Assembly: GCF_009914755.1 (NCBI RefSeq)
Contig: NC_060936.1
Strand: one strand, 5' to 3'
DNA length: 64,000 nt
Source: the human T2T-CHM13v2.0 reference genome, Homo sapiens
The notes under the pieces are model-generated. The model was not told where the DNA came from. It saw only the letters and a list, made by a program, of their open reading frames with translations, and searched no databases. Positions 31,761 to 44,021 of the stretch are shown piece after piece. Every line of letters starts with the position of its first letter. Position 1 is the first letter of the stretch. Position numbers and translations under genes: made by a program.

Positions 31761-32048
31761 TTGGGCATTGTCCCCACAACTTTTTATGAAGCATCAATGA
31801 TTTCGCCATTTTTCCACCCAAGCTTCACCACAAATTTGTTGTTTGTTCTTGCTTCAACTTTAGCAGAATAGAATAGAGGCTATTTTCAAACTGATGTTTC
31901 ATCCTTCTTAGTACCTCAAACTAGACATTGCTCAGACATCTTATAACATGTTTGTACAAGTTTATTTTAGTATGAAACAATTTTGAAATCCATGTGTAGT
32001 TGTTTTCAAAATAATATATATTTTCCATGAACTTTTTGAAGGCCCCTC
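31761..32048 (-). mobile_element. HSMAR2 mariner 5' fragment (terminal repeat and transposase start)
   Basis: On -: GAGGGGCCTTCAAAAAGTTCATGGAAAAT terminal repeat and SAKVEARTNNKFVVKLGWKNGEIIDA-like coding remnant. Confidence 0.88.
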
Positions 32049-32185
32049 AAATGGATATCAATAGCCTCTAAGTTTGTTTTATTGTTATAGCAGCAATGAA
32101 AAATGTATACAGCCAGCTTCAAGAACATTTCATGAGATCATGGAACTGAGCTCAGAATCTCTCAGCATCCTATTTTGTTGGAGTC

Positions 32186-32527
32186 TGTATTAATCCGTTT
32201 TCATGCTGCTGATAAAGACATATCTGACACTGGACAATTTACAAAAGAAAGAGGTTTAATGGACTTACAGTTCCACGTGGTTGAGGAGGCCTCACAGTAT
32301 GGTAGGAGGCAAGGAGGGCAAGTCACGTTTTACACGAATGGTAGGAGGCAAAGAGCTTGTGCAGGGGAACTTCTTTTTATAAAACCATCAGATCTTGTGA
32401 TACTTACTATCATAAGAACAGCCTGGGAAAGACCTGGCCCCATAACTCAATTACTTCTCACTGGGTTCTGCCCACAACATGGGAATTCAAGATGAAATTT
32501 GGATGGGGACACAGCCAAACCATATCA
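32186..32527 (-). mobile_element. THE1B-like solo LTR
   Basis: TG...CA termini with perfect 5-bp TSD GAGTC at 32181-32185 and 32528-32532. Confidence 0.93.
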
Positions 32528-32792
32528 GAGTCTGTCTCTTCTTACAGATAGATTATGCAATGAGGTTCCACTTGCTGCAATCAAGCCAGGTCCCTTCTCT
32601 GTTCCCACTCTGGATTTCTTGCTTCACTCCCTCTGACTCTCTTTCCCATGTACCTAACAAAAAAATGAGTGGAAAGGTAGTTTATTCTATCCTACGAAGT
32701 CATGAGATGGACTGGCCAGAATTTTGAGGCTCTGGCTGGAAAGTGAAAAGATGTGACTGCTCACTTTCTCAACCAAAGTCTTGAACCTCTTA

Positions 32793-33114
<322 letters not shown>

Positions 33115-33299
33115 AAATAAACAATTGGCAGATAAAGAAAATAGATGTCTCCTTTATTCAGGAGTGAGATTCAAAATATTTAATAATCTCTATCATGATA
33201 TAAATTTATAAGTCGATGTTTAAAATAGCACTTCTTATATTTTCTAAATAAACAGTATGTTGAAAAATGCTAAATAATGATAACCTGTAATGCAAATCA

Positions 33300-36250
33300 T
33301 TAATCAACTAATTCTAATAATTTCCAAATTATAGTTTGTTTTTTATAAATTGTTGATGTAATCTTTTGTTTAACAGAGTTATAAAAAGCTAAGTATTTAA
33401 GCTTAGCATCTAAGCTGTAATCTTGGAGTGGCATCAACCTCTTTGATTTCTCTATTAAAGTTACATTCAATAGGTGAAATGTAATTTAATAAGTAGAAAG
33501 TATCTCTTAATATCTATTATATTTTTCATGGTACTGCTCTGTCAGATTCTCTTTTGTTGAAATAATTGCCATTAATTTTTTACAAAATTTTGGTCTCTGG
33601 ATGCTGTGAAAAGCTTTAAATAATCTGTATGGAAATATAAATTAATACGTAAATCAATATGAAAATATATTCCCTTTATTATGTAAATTTATCTGAAAGT
33701 TTTATATATACAATATCTCTATTATTGGCTGAGTCACAAAATAATTTATTACAATATTTATTTAGTAGGCTTAATATTATTGTTTTTTTCCATATCAATC
33801 CAAAGAGTTTTGCAAAATTTATGTGGATAATTTTTAGGATTCAATAAATTCAAAGTCTTGTTTTTCTTTAGTTATAAAAATAACAGTTGTATTTTCATAT
33901 TATTTATGGACATTACTAATCTCTATTAAGATGATACTTTCTATTTCAAGTAGTATAATTTTTTATATTTTTATGATATCATTGGCTTCACTTTCAAAGT
34001 TTTCTCTATTTAATTTTATATTTTCAAACATTTTTATTTATCAGTCAGCTTTTATAACTATAATATATTCTTTCTTGTAAAGCAACAGATCACACTGGAT
34101 TTCTGTTAGACTATCATTTATTAAAGCCAAATCCTTATAAACATTTTGTTTTACAAATTTTCAAGCAGTCCCATTTCACAATTTCCAACAAATAAATAAA
34201 AATAAGATTTTTGCAGCCTCAGCACCACACATTGCCTATTTAAGTCGAAATATTCTTCCAATTTTCATGATTTTAACTCCAGGAATTTTTCTCCAAAGTT
34301 TATTTTATATATGGGAGCAAATAAAAGTTTATCAAGAAAATATTCAGTGATTTGCATCATCCAGTGATAATTGAATACAGTGACTGACACAGTGCTAAAT
34401 TAAAACATCTGGGAATGTTTCTAAAATTTTGCCTGAAACACTCAAATTTCTCTGTAGTATTCTTCTAACATTATCTGCACAAAATCCAGTGAGATTTTTC
34501 TGTAATTTTTCTAATTGAAACTATTTTTCTCAAACAATAGCAATAAAATCAGATGTGTTATTTTAGTGGTTGTTCTTTATAGCTCTATAAGATCAACAAA
34601 TGCAGAATGATCTAATTCATAAAGCTTAAACTTTAATTAAACTAGTAAAAGTTTTATTTAAAATAGTTTAAGCTTCCTTACTAATTTCAGAATTTTATAA
34701 CTTTATTGCCTTAATATATGTTTTTTGAAAAGTATTAACTCATTTCTGTAGATGAATGTTTTGTACCCAGAGAGACCATAAACCTAGATTGCAATCTTAA
34801 GCTCTGTTTGAAATTTTTCTTTTCACAAATTTCTATTAAATAGTTTATATATTTTTTATTTCAATAGTTTGGGGAACAGGTGGTGTTTGGTTACATGGAT
34901 AAGTTCTTCAGTGGTGATTTCTGAGATTTTGGTACACTCGTCACCCAAGCATTGTACACTGTACCCAATGTATAGTCTTTTATCCCTCACACTCCTCCTA
35001 CCCTTCCCCCAAGTCCCCAGAGTCCATTGTATCATTCTTATGCTTTCGTGTCCTCATAGCTTAGCTCTCACTTAGAAGTGAGAACATACGATGTTTGGTT
35101 TTCCATTCCTGAGTTACTTTACTTAGAATAATTGTCTCCAACTACATCCAGTTGCTGCAAATGCCATTATTTCATTCTTTTTTATGGCTGAGTAGTATTC
35201 CATGGTATGTATGTATGTATTTATATATCACATTTTCTTTATCCACCCATTGATTGATGGGCATTTGGGTTGGTTCCATATTTTTGCAGTTACGAATCGT
35301 GAATCGTGCTGCTCTAAACATGCATGTGCAAGTGTCTTTTTCATATAATGACTTGTTTTCCTCTGGGTAGATACCCAGTAGTGGGATTGCTGGATCAAAT
35401 GGTAGTTCTTCTTTTAGTTCTTTAAGGAGTCTCCATACTGTTTTCCATAGGGGTTGTACTAGTTTACATTCCCACTAGCAGTGTAAAAGTATTCCCTTTC
35501 CACCACATGCATGGCAACATCATCAGTAGTTTATATTTGAAAATATTTGACCTTTTAAACTATATAGTAGATGGTGTTAAAAATTCTTATGACACTTTCT
35601 AAGATTTTTCATTTTCTTTTTTGATACTATTTGACAAAGTTTCTGCGTTTGTTTTTCAGTGTTTCAAATGTTTTATTGTGTGAAACTGATGTGCATTTCA
35701 ATGTTATCTTTATAGATAATTGCAAGTTTAAGTTTCTTTATTTGAATCAGAAGCTTTAACCAAATATGAATGTGGTTTTTGAGAAATGTAGTATTGAACA
35801 CTTTTAACTGAAATAACACAATCTTGACCACAATTTGCCTCAAAATTTACATCACTAACAATAATTTAAAAGCAAATTGGTTTTTTCCATTGGGTATGTA
35901 TATTATTTGCTTAATTTTATATTACTTCTTACATAGTATTAAAGATATTCCTGAGTGTTCTAATTTTTGTAGTTTCAGGTTGTGATTCAATATTAATGTC
36001 ATTTCTTCTTGATTATCCTACAGATTCAGAGAATGTCGGTTTATAAAAAGTAACATTTGCATTAAGAAGTTTAAACTTCGGGATCTCTTAAATTTTGGTG
36101 TTCACTTAAATTACTTTATTGCAAATTCTTGAATTTCAGTATCTCAAAATGCTACACACTTTCTACTTACATTAGAATTGCACCACAATAACAATAAACC
36201 AAAGTACAAATTAGACTATTTGGAAGCAGTTGCAATTAATGTAAAGACAA
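33300..36250 (-). pseudogene. Fossil hAT transposase (KIAA1586-like), split by an L1PB insertion; outer boundaries approximate
   Basis: Hand translation on -: NLTGFCADNVRRILQRNLSVSGKILETFPDVLI*HCVSHCIQLSLDDA (~34496-34353), MKIGRIFRLK*AMCGAEAA (~34270-34212), RIFNTIYYIV (~35590-35560). Confidence 0.8.
34851..35526 (-). mobile_element. L1PB1-like 3' end, 5'-truncated
   Basis: caatagtttggggaacaggtggtgtttggttacatgg end; TSD TAGTTTATAT at 34841-34850 and 35527-35536. Confidence 0.9.
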
Positions 36251-37201
36251 TGAAAACTGATACAGAATACCTTGTGAAGATTTTGCAATACAGCTGCAAT
36301 GCCTACTCTCACTTGGGCTGAACTCGCTGCAAAGAATTTTCAGATATCGCTATGAAAGAAACATGACTCATCAGGTTGAATTATTGAGTTCATCATTTTA
36401 TTTATATTATTAATATCTCAACTTATTGTAGTTACCACTATACTGTTTACAAAACATATACACAAGTATTTTGTTATTTTAATAACTGTTATAGTCATAT
36501 CAGTGTGTTTCTGCTGAATACCCACCCAGTGTTTCTTACTGATAAAGGTGACATTGGAGAATATGGCATAGGTTTGTTGCAACAAACCTTACATGGAACA
36601 CCACACTTAGACAAACTTAGTCAACCAGACACTGCCAGTATGTGAACACTGCAAGCCACCCATAGAGGGTTTGTGGGGATTTCTGAAGTTAACTTTAAGA
36701 AACTCAACGTGTGTAGGAGCCAGCATAAGAGCACCCAGCTCCTAGGAAAAAGACAGAAAGAGGATGAGATACAGATCCTAATCCCAAGTTATCAATTTAC
36801 CTGGTCACTTCACCTCCACTGTGGAAGAATGAACAACATGGAAAGTTGTCACACATGTTACACTAATGGATGTCCCTCCTCTTAGAGGGATACAAGAGGG
36901 AAGGGGCAAGAAGTATTTCCCTTGCAATAGTGCTCAGAATTCTGTGCTCTCCTCCATTTGCGTGGAGCTTATGACCAAGTAGGAGTGCCTGTATTTCCCA
37001 CAGGGGAGGAATTTATCCAGAAAGTCCTGTTCTCGATTTCAAGTGACCACTGTCTCAATAGCACCACTGCTCCTTAGAGTGACCACTAGGAATGCTGGTA
37101 GCCAAAGTATATTTGGTCCTTTGATGTTCTGAAATTTGTCAGAACAATATATTAATTCAATAACTCCAAGGACATTCTCCCCCAAGGGTGGAAATGTATT
37201 T

Positions 37202-37498
37202 TCTTTTTTTTTAATTATTATTATACTTTAAGTTCTAGGGTACATGCGCACAACGTGCAGGTTTGTTACATATATATACATGTGCCATGTTGATGTGCTG
37301 CACCCATTAACTCGTCATTTACATTAGGTATATCTCCTAATGCTATCCTTCCCCCCACCCCCCACCCCACGACAGGCCTCAGTGTGTGATGTTCCCCTTC
37401 CTGTGTCCAAGTGTTCTCATTGTTCAATTCCCACCTATGAGTGAGAACATGCAATGTTTTTCTGTCCTTGCGATAGTTTGCTCAGAATGATGGTTTCC
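37202..37498 (-). mobile_element. Short young L1PA 3' end (L1PA3-5-like)
   Basis: ttattatactttaagttctagggtacatg...cattaggtatatctcctaatgc. Confidence 0.92.
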
Positions 37499-40400
37499 CA
37501 AATTTGGGGAAGAGGATAGACATCCAGATTCAAGACGTGAAAGAGGTCCCAAATAGGTTGAACATAAAGAGGTCTACACTGAGACACATTATAATTAAAT
37601 TATCAAAAATTAAAGGCAAAGAAAGAATTTTGAAGGGAACAAGAGAAAAGCAATGCATCACATCTAAGGGGAAACCCATAAGACTATCAACAGATTTCTC
37701 AGCAGAAATCTCACAGGCAAAGAGAAGGTAAGATGATATATTCAAAGTACTAAAAGCAAAAATTACCAAACAAGCACACTATACTCAGCAAAACTATCTT
37801 TTAAAAATTAAGGAGAAATAAATTTTTTTCCATACAAACAAACCCTGAACAAATTAATCACCACTAAACGTGCCTTACAAAAAATGCTTTAAAAAGTTTT
37901 TCAGGTTGAAATGAAAATACACTGAACAGCAATATAAAAGCATAAATCTCCTGGTAAAGGTAAATATATGGACAAATTAAGCATAATGTAACAATGTAAT
38001 GGTAGTGTGTAATTTATTTTGAATCCTAATATAGACAAAAGTTTGGTACTGGATAAACAATATAAAAAGATGCAAACTCAGACTACAAGAACACAAAGCA
38101 AGGGAGTAAAAGTAGAGAGATTTTGTTTAAGATTAAAGGAAGCTGTTACCAACTTAAAATAGATGGCAATAACTTTAACATATTTTATGCCATCCTCAAG
38201 GCACCTACAAAGAAAAAGTTATAATAGATAAAATATAATGAAAAAAGCAGCAGAACAAATCACTACAAAAATTTCAGATAGCAAAGGAAGACAGTAAGAG
38301 AGGAAGAGAGAGGAAGAAAACCACAAAGCCAACAGAAAATCATTAAGATGGCAATAGTAAATCCTCGTCTATCAATAATTACTTTAAATGTAAATATATT
38401 AAACTCCCCAATCAAAAGACATAAAATGGCTGAATGGATTTTAAAAGAACAAGATTCAGCAATGTACTATTTATAAGAGAATTACCTTAGGTTTAAGAAC
38501 TCCCATAGTCTGAAAATGAAAGGATGGGAAACATATTCCATGCAAATGGCAACCAAAGAAAGCAGAGGCAGCTACACTTATATTAGACAATGTAGACATT
38601 AAGTTAAAAACTGTCTCTAGGGACAAAGAAGATATAACAATTACAAATATATTTATGTACCCAACATGAGAGCACCTAAAAATATGAAGCAAATATTTAC
38701 AGATCTGAAGGAAAAATTGACAGCCATAAAGTAATAGTAAGAGACTTTAATACATCATCTTTAATAATTGATAGAATGTTCAGAAAAAAAATAGCAGACT
38801 TGAATAATTCTGTAGACCAAATGGGCCTAACAAACATACACAGAACTTCCCACCCAATAGCAGAAGAATACACATTATTCTGAAGTGAACATGGAACATT
38901 CTGTAGGCTAGAGCACACGTTAGGTCACAAAATAAGTTGTATAACAAATTTAAGAAGATCAAAATCATTCCAAGTATCTTTTCTGACCACAATGGAATGA
39001 AACTAGCAAACAATCACAGGAAGAAAATCAGAAAATTCACAAGTAACTGGAAACTAAACAACATATTCTTTAACAACCATTGGGTCAAGAAGATCAAAAA
39101 GAAAATCAAAAGGGAATTTTTAAAATTTCTCAACAGAAATGAAAATAAAAACACAATAAACCAAAACTTATGGGATACAGAAAAAGCAATACTAAGAGGA
39201 AAGTTTATAGCAATAAATGCCTAGAGTAAAAAAGACAAAGTATTACCAGAAAAAAAAAAAATAACCTTACACCTCAAGAAACTAGGAAAAGAAGAACAAA
39301 CTATGCCCAAAGTTAGAACAAAAGAAGGAAATAATAAAGATAGGAGCAGAAATAAATGACACAGAGAACAGAATAAAAAGAGAAAAGGATTTTGCAGAGA
39401 TGAAATTGACAAATCTTTAGCTAGGCCAACTAAGAAAAATAGAGGGAAGACTCAAATTAAATCAGGAATTGAAAAGGAGATAATGTAACAAATGTGGCAG
39501 AAAGGATCATAACAGACTCTTATGAAAAAATTATATGCCAACAAATTGGATAATATAGAAGAAATGGAGACATTCTTAGAAACATACAACCTATCAACAC
39601 TGAATCAAGAAAAAATAGAAAGCCCTTCAGACCAATGTCAAATAAGGAGATTGGATCAGTAATTAAAAACCTGCAAACAAAGAAAAGCCTAGGAAAAGAT
39701 GACTTAACAGGTGAATTCTACCCGATAGTCAAAGAAGAAATAATGTCAATCCTCCTTAAACTCTTCCAAAAAATAAAAACAGAAATACTTTCAATCTCCT
39801 TTCATGTGGCCAACATCACCCTAATACCAAAGCCAGACAAAGGCAAACAAGAAAATAAAATTGCAAGCCAATATCCCTGATGAACATGGGTCTTCATGTT
39901 GAACATGGGCTTCATGATGAACATCGGTTTGTATTTTATTGAACAAAAATCTTCAACAAAATACAAGCAAACAATTAAATAGGACGTTAAAATGATCACA
40001 TACTATGACCAAGTTAGATTCATCCCTTGGATGCAAGGCTTGTTCGACAAATGCAAATCATGATATACTACATTTAAAAGAATGAATTGAAAAAAGAATA
40101 GATAGATAAATAGATAGATAGATAGAATCATCTCAGTGAATTCAGAGAACACATGTGACACAATTTAATGTCCATATAAACTCTCAGAATATCCATAGAT
40201 GGAACTTACCTCATCACATTAAAGTCCATATATAAAAACCCACAGCTAATCTCATAAATGAGGGGAGAAAACTGAAAGCTTTTCCTCTAAAATCAGAAAG
40301 AAGTCAAGGAGGCCCACTCTCACCACTGTATTCAACACAGTAGTGGAAGTTCTACTTGCAGCAAATAGAAAAGTAAAAGATATAAAAGGCATTCAAATTG

Positions 40401-40908
40401 GAAAGAAAGAAGTAAGATTATGGGGTTTTCTTGCAGATGAAATGAACATATTTGTAGAAAATTCTAAAGATTTCAGAAGAAAAAAACCTGTTAGAACCAA
40501 TAAACAAACTCAAAAAAGTTGCAGAAAACAAAATCTCATACAAAAAGCAGCTGTGTTTCTATATACTAAGAATAAATAATGAAATTTAAAAAATATATAA
40601 TTCACAATAGTAACCAAAAGATAAAATACTTAGGAATAACCTTAAGCAAAGAGGTGAATGACTTGCACACTGATAATTATAAAACACTGAGGAAGGAAAT
40701 TAAAGACACAGATAAATGGAAAGACATCCCATATTCATGGATTAGAAGAATTAATATTGTTAAAATGCCCATACTACCCAAAGTGATATACAGATTCAAA
40801 GTAATCCCTGTCAAAATCCTGATAGCATTTTTTACAGAAATAGAAAAATCAATCCTAAAATTTATATGGAACCACAAAAGACACTGAATAGCCAAAGCAT
40901 ATTTGAGC
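37499..40908 (+). mobile_element. Old L1 (L1MA/MB class) ORF1-ORF2 fragment lacking both ends
   Basis: ORF1-like GKRIDIQIQ...RHIIIKLSK and ORF2-like [39 protein letters not shown]. Confidence 0.88.
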
Positions 40909-43900
40909 TTCCACTGAGGCCTGTTCCTACAAAACTGGCTGCATGGAGGAACGGAGCAGAGTCTATGCTTCCTGCAAGTAGCTGGTTCCCAAAAGGAAGA
41001 GTGGGAGGTAGGAGTTGTTTGAGATGTCCGTGCTCAGTTCTTTCTCCCAAAGCCCCATGGGAAAGAGGGAGTTAGGAAGTTGAGTCAGGCAGGAGGTTTC
41101 TAAGAATAGAACTTCCTTCAGGAGGGGGAAAGACGGATTTCCTTCCAGCAGGATATTATCCGTGTTTAGCACTTTCTCCATCATTTGATTAGTGCCAAAA
41201 GGAAGGCAAGATTTATATAAGGGTAGGAGAAAAGAAGCAACAAAGGCACTAACCCTGGAATATGATTAGAAGTCACCCATGTGGTTCAGTGTAGCTACCA
41301 TCAGGGTACTGCACTGTGGTTTAGGGTTAAAGCCTCAGAGTGATAAGAGGTGTGAATTAGTATGGTCTTGTCACCTCGGTGACCTCTAGAAGGTTGATTT
41401 GTGAAAGGATAGAATGGGGTGTTCAGGGTCTCAGGTTCTTTCCATCTCTTTCTCTATCACCAGCTTTAAATTACAGATACTTGGTAGTCAATGAATGGTC
41501 AGAATTTCTGGATTAAGGGAATAAACTCAGAATTATCATTTAGAAAGAAGGGAGAAAAAAAGCATAAATATTTTTTGGCCTAATATGTTTCAGGAATAAT
41601 ATTGTTTCACAAGTTTTCTTCTTTAATCCTTACAAAAAAAACCTGTGAAGTGAGCATTATTAATTTGGGAAAACTTATACTCAGAAATATTGAGAAATAA
41701 TAAGAGATCGAACCAAGAATTGAACTGAAATTAATATTGTTTGACTTCAAATCCTCCATCTCCAAAACTTCTTTTATACCTCAAATAGGAAGATTAAGCA
41801 GGTATGACCTTTACCCTATAAAATTTCTTTCTAAAATGGATTAATTATAGAGAAAAATATCTTTTCCTTTCTCTATCATCAAATTTCAATACCAAATAAG
41901 TTCTTAGCAAAGCTGAGACTCCCATTGCATGGGGTAGTTTCCATAAGCAAGAAGAATATGGGCTTAACATACTATGTCGTTATATTCAGATTCTAAAAGT
42001 AAAAATCCTATGCCAGTGAGTCACATAGAAGTTTTTGGTCTTTAGCATGAGCAAGGAGCCTAAGCACACAAATGACATCTCTAAAATTCTTAATATTTCT
42101 AGATAACCAAAATTCTAGTTTATATAGCTCATTTTTAGCTGTCCAAATTTCACATTACTATTAAGGAAAAGCAATAAATACAAGATACTCTTCTGAAAAA
42201 CTTTTTCATGTGCTAAAAATCATTCAAAATTCCATATTGCAGTATCATCTTATGCTTTTCCTGCCTTATAAAGAAAATAAAATTAAGCTTTTATGGTAAA
42301 GGTAGCTATCTCTATTTGCATTATAGCTGTTTTACCCTGAAATACTTTTATTCCACAAGAAATTCTCCAATTTATTTTACTAAATTGTTTACATAAAAGC
42401 AAGAATATTTTAGATTAAAAAGTTTAGGAAAATTAAGTTTATTTTTAAAAAGAAGAAAAATATTAATATAATAATTATTAATATTTTATTTTTATTCTAC
42501 TAATAATTTATTACTATAACTTACATTCTCAGAAAACACCCAATAAGACAAATTAATGAGGCAAAGTCCTAAGGATTTTTTTAACGGCCCAGGAAAATGT
42601 TTTTTTGAAAAAACAAACAAAAATGTAAGTCAGGCATAGGTCCAAACACATGATGGGAAGTCAATCTATTCCCATTACAAAATTAGAAAAGCAATGGTTC
42701 ATCCAGTGCCCTATCCCTGATTTTATTTCTCTGACCTGGAAATGAGAAATCATAGAAGTATCAAAAGAGCAGATTGTAGCAAATTAGGAATCAGCTCAAG
42801 CTTCTCTTTACCTGTGACCCGTCTAAACAGAAATCATATTTCAGCTTCCTTCTACCCAACACACACACATCAATCATTGCCAAGAAACATTTTAAGACCA
42901 TCAAGGCCCCAGACACTCCTACTTTTGTTGGTCCCAGCCTACATTATATCAACCATTGAAACACATCCACATTTTGCAAAATTGACATAATTTAATAATA
43001 GTTAACTTTTGGAGAGCTTACTTATTAGCAGTATTGTTCATAATAGTTTATACCTATTTAGTTGTTACAACCATCTTATAAGTGTTAAGTTAATCTACAT
43101 TTCACCCATTGTGAAAAATGACTAAGTAACTTCCCCAGGGTCACATAGCTGGTAAGTAACAACCAGAATTGAAATCCAGTGCGTATTATTCAAAACACCA
43201 TGAACTTACAACTAAGCCCTAGTAATATAATGGTAGATCTATAGGTATTTAAGTAATATTTATGTAATTTTGCAGCTTATTTTCATATTTTGGAGCTGAT
43301 GCATTTTTTCAAGTATTAAAATGTTTCATAGTCCCTTCCATGACAGCATATAGTTCATTTGTTCTGTTCCCAGAGACCCTAGTAAGTAAAACAATAAATA
43401 CATCGTGTTATTTTTACTTACCTGTTTCCCTTTCTAGACTGTCAGTTTTATGTCTCCCAAAGTAGTCAAATGCTTTACACAGAGAAGCACTCATAAGTGT
43501 TTAACAAGGTCAATCTGAAGAGCAGTGATAGACAGGAGAAGAACTTCAACTGAATCAGTTGTTAAAGACAATGATGCAATGATGATACAGCCTGATATTT
43601 GGAAGAGGGAAGTGTAGTAAAGAAATGGCCAATTAATTAATCATGCAGTGATAGGAAAGGAGTGTGGTTATAAAACCAATGGCAGGGAACTCATGCTCCA
43701 AAATCAGACCTAAACATTCAATGGCAGGGCTATATTTAATATTTTCCTAGAGAAATTCAGAAAAAGAACAGATGACTTCAAAGGATTACCAACAGGCAGA
43801 TGATCATAATTAACATCTCTCAAAAGGTTATATATCCCTAACATTTTATTGTCACATCACATGCTTTAAAATTTATATTATTTTAAAAATTTACTGAAAT

Positions 43901-44021
43901 TTTAGTTCATAATTGTATCATGTTATTTATAAGTGTTTCATTGACCCCACGAAATGTTATAAATTAGACTATGGTCTTTTCATGTATTTGAAGCCACATC
44001 TTATATCTTTTTTTAAATTTT

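Noticed and set aside
40910-41400. Purine-rich segment with TGAGTCA and a TATA-like motif as a promoter
   Set aside because: Short motifs only; it may be an unrecognised old LTR, and promoter activity cannot be supported from sequence.
43410-43440. Consensus donor CAG|GTAAGTA on -
   Set aside because: It lies in an L2-like relic and no convincing matching acceptor was found.
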